Assembly: GCF_049075655.1 (NCBI RefSeq)
Contig: NZ_CP157522.1
Location: forward strand, 640,001-704,000
DNA: 64,000 nucleotides
Source: Methanothermococcus sp. Ax23
GTDB taxonomy: Archaea; AGJL01; Methanococci; Methanococcales; Methanococcaceae
Direction of reading: 5' to 3'
Every line of letters starts with the position of its first letter. The stretch's first letter is position 1. The notes below the pieces were generated by a model. It saw only the letters and a program-made list of their open reading frames with translations. It did not search any database and had not been told where the DNA came from. Positions 59,433-64,000 of this stretch are shown in pieces. The position numbers and the translations under genes were made by a program.

Positions 59433-61757
59433 TTAGTAAATCAATGTCGGTTCTTTTGGTATTTTTTCTCTCGGTTTCCAGTTCTTTTCTTTCAAATATT
59501 CCATTACTTTATCCTTTATCATAAATGGAATATCAGACTCTGTTCTAACGAATTTTTCTAAATCAGGGGGCATGCAACCAAAGTATTTTTCATAAACACT
59601 CACATAGTGGTATATTTTCATACTTCTTCCTTTTGAACCATCTGATGCCCTCATACACAATTTTGGAATCATGCATATACATTCTTCCATACTTTCAGCA
59701 GGTGTGATTAAGTTCTCAGGCACCGGTTCTACTGGTATTACTTCCTTGGTTCTCTTATCATATACTTCAAAATCATTTCCATCGCTTAAATACATTCTTC
59801 TGTATTTTGTTGAATGTGGTCCAACTATTACAGGAATTCCCCATCTATTTACACCAGTTGCAATTGCCGCAGCCTTTTGGCTCATAGCACCCCATGCTAT
59901 ACCAACGGCTCCGACCTTATTCAATATATAATCTGCAACCTCAGCATAGTTCCCTCTCAATGGAAGTTTAGCGAATATATTGGCTACTTTTATGGCAGCT
60001 CCTGTAATGTGGCAATTACTTAAACAGCTTCCACAATTTACAAGACCGCCTGCTTTGAATTCCCCAGGATATTTGTCATATAATGTTTTTCCGTCTTTAT
60101 CTTTCCACATTCCTAACGCCATTGCCGCACATCCTGTTGCCACAACGATATATTTTCTCTCCAAAAATTCCTTTGCAATCATTGCAACCTCTTCTTCACC
60201 ATTTGGATGGTTAGAACATCCTACCAGTGCAACAATTCCAGGAATGTCTCCAAACACAATCGGAGCTCCTACATTTCTTATTTCAACATCTTGTATAGGA
60301 CCTCTACCTGCTCTCATTTTAAAGTTTAAATCTTTGAAGAAGTAATCCCCAACTTTTGTTGTCATGGATACTATTGGAAGCTTTCTTTCACATTCGCATT
60401 CACACCTTCCACAGCCATAACATTTTTCATACAACTCTATGAATTTATCGAAGTTTCCTTCCTTTGCCCCTATCATTGCATTCATTACCTCAAATGAGTT
60501 TGGACATACTCTATCGCACCATCCACATTCTGTACATTGGTTTGCAAGAGCTCTTACCTCATCCAAGGTAGGTAGGCATTTTTCTTTTATATCTTTTCTT
60601 TCTTTTGAAATGATTTTTGCCAGTTCAACAGCTACCTTTCCAACTTTATGTTCGTCAAGTATTAATCCAGCTCTATCTCTTAATATTCTACTTATTATCT
60701 CATCTTCATCTAAATGGGATAAATCTTCCAATCCTAAGCACATTTTTTCATTTGTGGCTATTAGAACAGCACCAGTATTTACAGCCTCTTCAAGAATATC
60801 CGTTCTTATGCACTGCTCATCCACCACTACAACATCTGCAACTCCACTTCTAATAAACATCAACTGTCTTGAAAGAGGTCCTATGACCTTTGCCCTGTCG
60901 TTGTATCTACTGACATCTATTGCGGTGCAGCATATCCCGCATACATCTATTTCGTTTTCTAAATTATTATCTTCAATATAATCCATTATTTCAGCACCGG
61001 GAACAACATTATGTCCGATACATAAAATTACAGATTTGCTTTTATCAACACATTTAAGCCCCATCTCAATTAATGGTGCATCTATGTCCCCTTTTGGCAT
61101 GTTGAATCCAACAATCTGGGCAATGTCTCCAATTTCTCTTGCCAAATCATCTATCATTCCAGCGTGCATGGCTTTACTTTCGAAATCTAAATAGCTCCCC
61201 TCTTGACCTGTGTGTGTAGCTGAAAGTAAATGTGTAATCTGCTCTTCACAGTAATCCAATACCTTTTCCAAATCTCCGAGAGTTTTTGGTTTTATCCCCA
61301 TTACCGTTCTTGTAATTGGTGCCTCTACATCTATACTGTTCCCCAGGTCTATTGGATAATCTTTTCCGAATCTTTCTATCAATGTATGCACAACATGCCT
61401 ACTATGTCCAGCATGGCATGCAGCCCCTATGCAGCATGCTATTAATACAATTCTTGCCTGCTGTGCTTTTATATTGAGACCACAAGCTCCCTTTTTCCCC
61501 CTGCTTAAATCACACTTTCCAAAGGTACATAGACAGCACATATCGCAGATTGGCATGTAAAATGGAGGATATCTTTTTAAAAGTTTGAAATCCCATTTTC
61601 TCAAATCAGGCACTTTTGGTTTAGGGGTGGGCCCCATAGGCTCCCACTCTTCGTCGGTCTCTTTATAATCCCCTATTTTTATACTGCCGGTTATTTTTAA
61701 GTTTTTGGATTTAAGCACTGGCGATACTATTTTTTTTATATCTCCTTCAATTTTCAT
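59433..61757 (-). CDS. cdhA: CO dehydrogenase alpha subunit (archaeal type)
   Basis: [27 protein letters not shown], ferredoxin motifs, [16 protein letters not shown]. Confidence 0.96.
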   Translation of the reverse strand: MKIEGDIKKIVSPVLKSKNLKITGSIKIGDYKETDEEWEPMGPTPKPKVPDLRKWDFKLLKRYPPFYMPICDMCCLCTFGKCDLSRGKKGACGLNIKAQQARIVLIACCIGAACHAGHSRHVVHTLIERFGKDYPIDLGNSIDVEAPITRTVMGIKPKTLGDLEKVLDYCEEQITHLLSATHTGQEGSYLDFESKAMHAGMIDDLAREIGDIAQIVGFNMPKGDIDAPLIEMGLKCVDKSKSVILCIGHNVVPGAEIMDYIEDNNLENEIDVCGICCTAIDVSRYNDRAKVIGPLSRQLMFIRSGVADVVVVDEQCIRTDILEEAVNTGAVLIATNEKMCLGLEDLSHLDEDEIISRILRDRAGLILDEHKVGKVAVELAKIISKERKDIKEKCLPTLDEVRALANQCTECGWCDRVCPNSFEVMNAMIGAKEGNFDKFIELYEKCYGCGRCECECERKLPIVSMTTKVGDYFFKDLNFKMRAGRGPIQDVEIRNVGAPIVFGDIPGIVALVGCSNHPNGEEEVAMIAKEFLERKYIVVATGCAAMALGMWKDKDGKTLYDKYPGEFKAGGLVNCGSCLSNCHITGAAIKVANIFAKLPLRGNYAEVADYILNKVGAVGIAWGAMSQKAAAIATGVNRWGIPVIVGPHSTKYRRMYLSDGNDFEVYDKRTKEVIPVEPVPENLITPAESMEECICMIPKLCMRASDGSKGRSMKIYHYVSVYEKYFGCMPPDLEKFVRTESDIPFMIKDKVMEYLKEKNWKPREKIPKEPTLIY

Positions 61758-61805
61758 GATTCCACCAAAATAAGAATTATATCAATATTACAATGGATAC
61801 TAGTT

Positions 61806-61858
61806 AATTATCATTATTAATCATTATAATTTACACATAAATAAGATATATATACCTT
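61806..61858 (-). promoter_or_regulatory. TATA box plus 28 bp operator-like element upstream of cdhA
   Basis: Plus strand AATTATCATTATTAATCATTATAATTTA (61806-61833) and AGATATATATACCTT (61844-61858), identical to 55830-55857 and 55872-55886. Confidence 0.72.
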
Positions 61859-62190
61859 TTTATTATTTTATAAAAAAATAGTATTACTAAAAATTATATA
61901 ATCGTCAGGCTGTAAAATTACTTAAAAGATGATTAAACGTTTTTTATGCCATATCTGCCATTAATATTTAATCTTCGTGGTTTTTATTGGAATTATGGGC
62001 CTATCTTGCAAATTTTATTTCGGTAAATGACGATATTAGTTGTATTTATATAATACATAGCAATAAATAAATGAAAAAACTAAATAACATTGATTATAAA
62101 GATGTGGTAAGAATAAAAATAATAATAAAAACAATAAAAAACAATATATATTTAAAAACAATAAACTATAACAAATTTTGAGGTGAAAAA

Positions 62191-63183
62191 ATGAAAGTAT
62201 ATTATGACGAAGATACAAATTTTGATGCTGTAAAGGATAAAACAATAGCAGTAATAGGATATGGTAGCCAAGGTAGAGCTCAGTCATTGAACATGAAGGA
62301 CAGCGGTTTAAATGTGATAGTAGGTTTAAGACCAAACGGAGCTTCATGGGAAAAGGCAAAAGCAGATGGACACACAGTAATGACAGTAGAAGAAGCCGCA
62401 GAAAAGGCAGACATAATACACATACTCATACCTGATGAAGTTCAGGCAGAAGTTTATGAAAAACAGATAAAACCATACTTAAAAGAAGGAAAAACATTAG
62501 GATTTTCACACGGATACAACATACACTACGGATACATTGTTCCACCAAAAGGAGTAAATGTAATTATGGTTGCTCCAAAATCCCCAGGTGCTATGGTTAG
62601 AAAAACATACGAAGAAGGTTTCGGTGTTCCAGGTTTAGTATGTGTTGAAAAGGACGAAACAGGAGATGCATTAGATATAGCTCTTGGAATGGCCAAGGCA
62701 GAAGGTTTAACAAGAGCAGGAGTAATTAAAACAACATTCAGAGAAGAAACAGAAACAGACCTATTTGGAGAACAGGCTGTATTGTGTGGTGGAGTAACAG
62801 AGCTCATAAAGGCAGGATTCGACACACTTGTTGAAGCAGGATACTCACCAGAGATGGCATACTTTGAAACATGCAACGAGTTAAAATTAATCGTTGATTT
62901 GATATACCAAAAAGGACTTGCTGGAATGTGGCATGATGTTTCAAACACCGCAGAATACGGTGGATTAAGCAGAAGAGAAAGAATAATAAACGAAGAATCA
63001 AGAAAAGCAATGAGAGAAATCTTAAAAGAAATACAGGATGGAAGATTTGCAAGAGAGTGGGCATTGGAAAACATAAGTGGTAGAGCTCACTTAAATGCTA
63101 TGAGAAGATTGGAAAGCGAGCATTTACTTGAAACAACAGGTAAAAAATTGAGAAAAATGTGTGGATTGGAAAAAGACGAATAA
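62191..63183 (+). CDS. ilvC: Ketol-acid reductoisomerase
   Basis: [45 protein letters not shown]. Confidence 0.97.
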   Translation: MKVYYDEDTNFDAVKDKTIAVIGYGSQGRAQSLNMKDSGLNVIVGLRPNGASWEKAKADGHTVMTVEEAAEKADIIHILIPDEVQAEVYEKQIKPYLKEGKTLGFSHGYNIHYGYIVPPKGVNVIMVAPKSPGAMVRKTYEEGFGVPGLVCVEKDETGDALDIALGMAKAEGLTRAGVIKTTFREETETDLFGEQAVLCGGVTELIKAGFDTLVEAGYSPEMAYFETCNELKLIVDLIYQKGLAGMWHDVSNTAEYGGLSRRERIINEESRKAMREILKEIQDGRFAREWALENISGRAHLNAMRRLESEHLLETTGKKLRKMCGLEKDE

Positions 63184-63273
63184 GACGAATAAATTCGATT
63201 AATAATATATATTCCAAATATATTTATTTTTTAATTATTAATTTTTAAACTTTAAATTTTAACTTTTAGTGGT

Positions 63274-64000
63274 ATGATGGACTTAATCATTATCCTTTCA
63301 CTGGTTATTTTGGGAATGTTCATTGGATTTATATCCGGTTTATTGGGAATAGGCGGCGGTTTTATACTTGTGCCAATATTAATCTATTTATTTGACTTCA
63401 TGGGGGTTTCTGATGATATATCTGTAAAAATGGCAGTAGGAACAAGTTTGTTTGTAATTTTTTTAACTTCAATTGCAGGAGCTCATAAACATAGTTTAAA
63501 CAAAAATGTAATTTGGAAATACTCATTAATCCTTGGATTATTTGGTATATTAGGTTCAATTGTTGGTGTTAAGGTAGTTGTAGATTATTTAAGTGGAAAT
63601 TTACATAAAGTATTATTTGGCATATTTTTAATTCTTATTTCATTAAATATAATATACAGCAATTTTAAAGATAAGAATAATTTAGATATGATTAACAATA
63701 TAATCAATACATGCCATAACATTAATTATAAGAATGTTGGTATTATGGGTTTTTTAACTGGTTTTTTATCATCTATTTTTGGAATAGGCGGCGGAATAAT
63801 AGTTGTTCCCTTTTTAAATATTTTTTTAAAGTTTCCGATAAAATCAGCAATTGGAACATCCCTTGGCATGATGACCATTATTTCACTTACGGGGTTGTTG
63901 GGATATATGATTAATCCCTATCCATTTGATTATAATTTATATAATATTGGGTATGTTTCTTTATTTGCTGGATTGATTGTAGCTCCTATTGCCATGATAT
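63274..64000 (+). CDS. Sulfite exporter TauE/SafE family membrane protein, truncated at the right edge
   Basis: Not in the ORF track. Translates MMDLIIILSLVILGMFIGFISGLLGIGGGFILVP...AVGTSL...SSIFGIGGGIIVVP...AIGTSL (duplicated GIGGG/GTS motifs). Confidence 0.85.
   Translation, partial: MMDLIIILSLVILGMFIGFISGLLGIGGGFILVPILIYLFDFMGVSDDISVKMAVGTSLFVIFLTSIAGAHKHSLNKNVIWKYSLILGLFGILGSIVGVKVVVDYLSGNLHKVLFGIFLILISLNIIYSNFKDKNNLDMINNIINTCHNINYKNVGIMGFLTGFLSSIFGIGGGIIVVPFLNIFLKFPIKSAIGTSLGMMTIISLTGLLGYMINPYPFDYNLYNIGYVSLFAGLIVAPIAMI

Noticed and set aside
63175-63192. GACGAATAA duplicated at the ilvC stop
   Set aside because: A 9 bp slippage duplication giving a second stop; no evident function.

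Overview
AT-rich chromosomal window from a methanogenic archaeon of the Methanococcales, probably Methanothermococcus-like (archaeal 16S, type-M RNase P RNA, Methanococcales gene order). Two near-identical rRNA operons point away from each other: 16S-tRNA-Ala-23S-5S on the minus strand and 16S-tRNA-Ala-23S with no 5S on the plus strand. Between and around them lie replication and transcription genes (PolD large and small subunits, MCM, a divergent Cdc6-like AAA+/wHTH protein, PriL, TFB, TFE), a type IV pilus ATPase/TadC locus, form III RubisCO, housekeeping genes and a CODH/ACS cluster with two ACS paralogs. There are two LAGLIDADG inteins (KlbA, TFB) and no CRISPR array or transposase. The main leads are: (1) a candidate non-canonical replication origin module (mcm, degenerate AAA+/wHTH, an AT-rich tract flanked by inverted repeats, wHTH/Zn, a second AT-rich tract, Cdc6-like); (2) about 80 copies of the palindrome GAGCTC, resembling a HIP1-type iterated motif; (3) a frameshift in an A9 run of the pilus ATPase; (4) a long G-U-rich RNA hairpin ahead of RubisCO; (5) a 28-bp operator-like element shared by both CODH/ACS promoters. 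All product calls come from recognising motifs by eye, with no database searches. rRNA ends are approximate.
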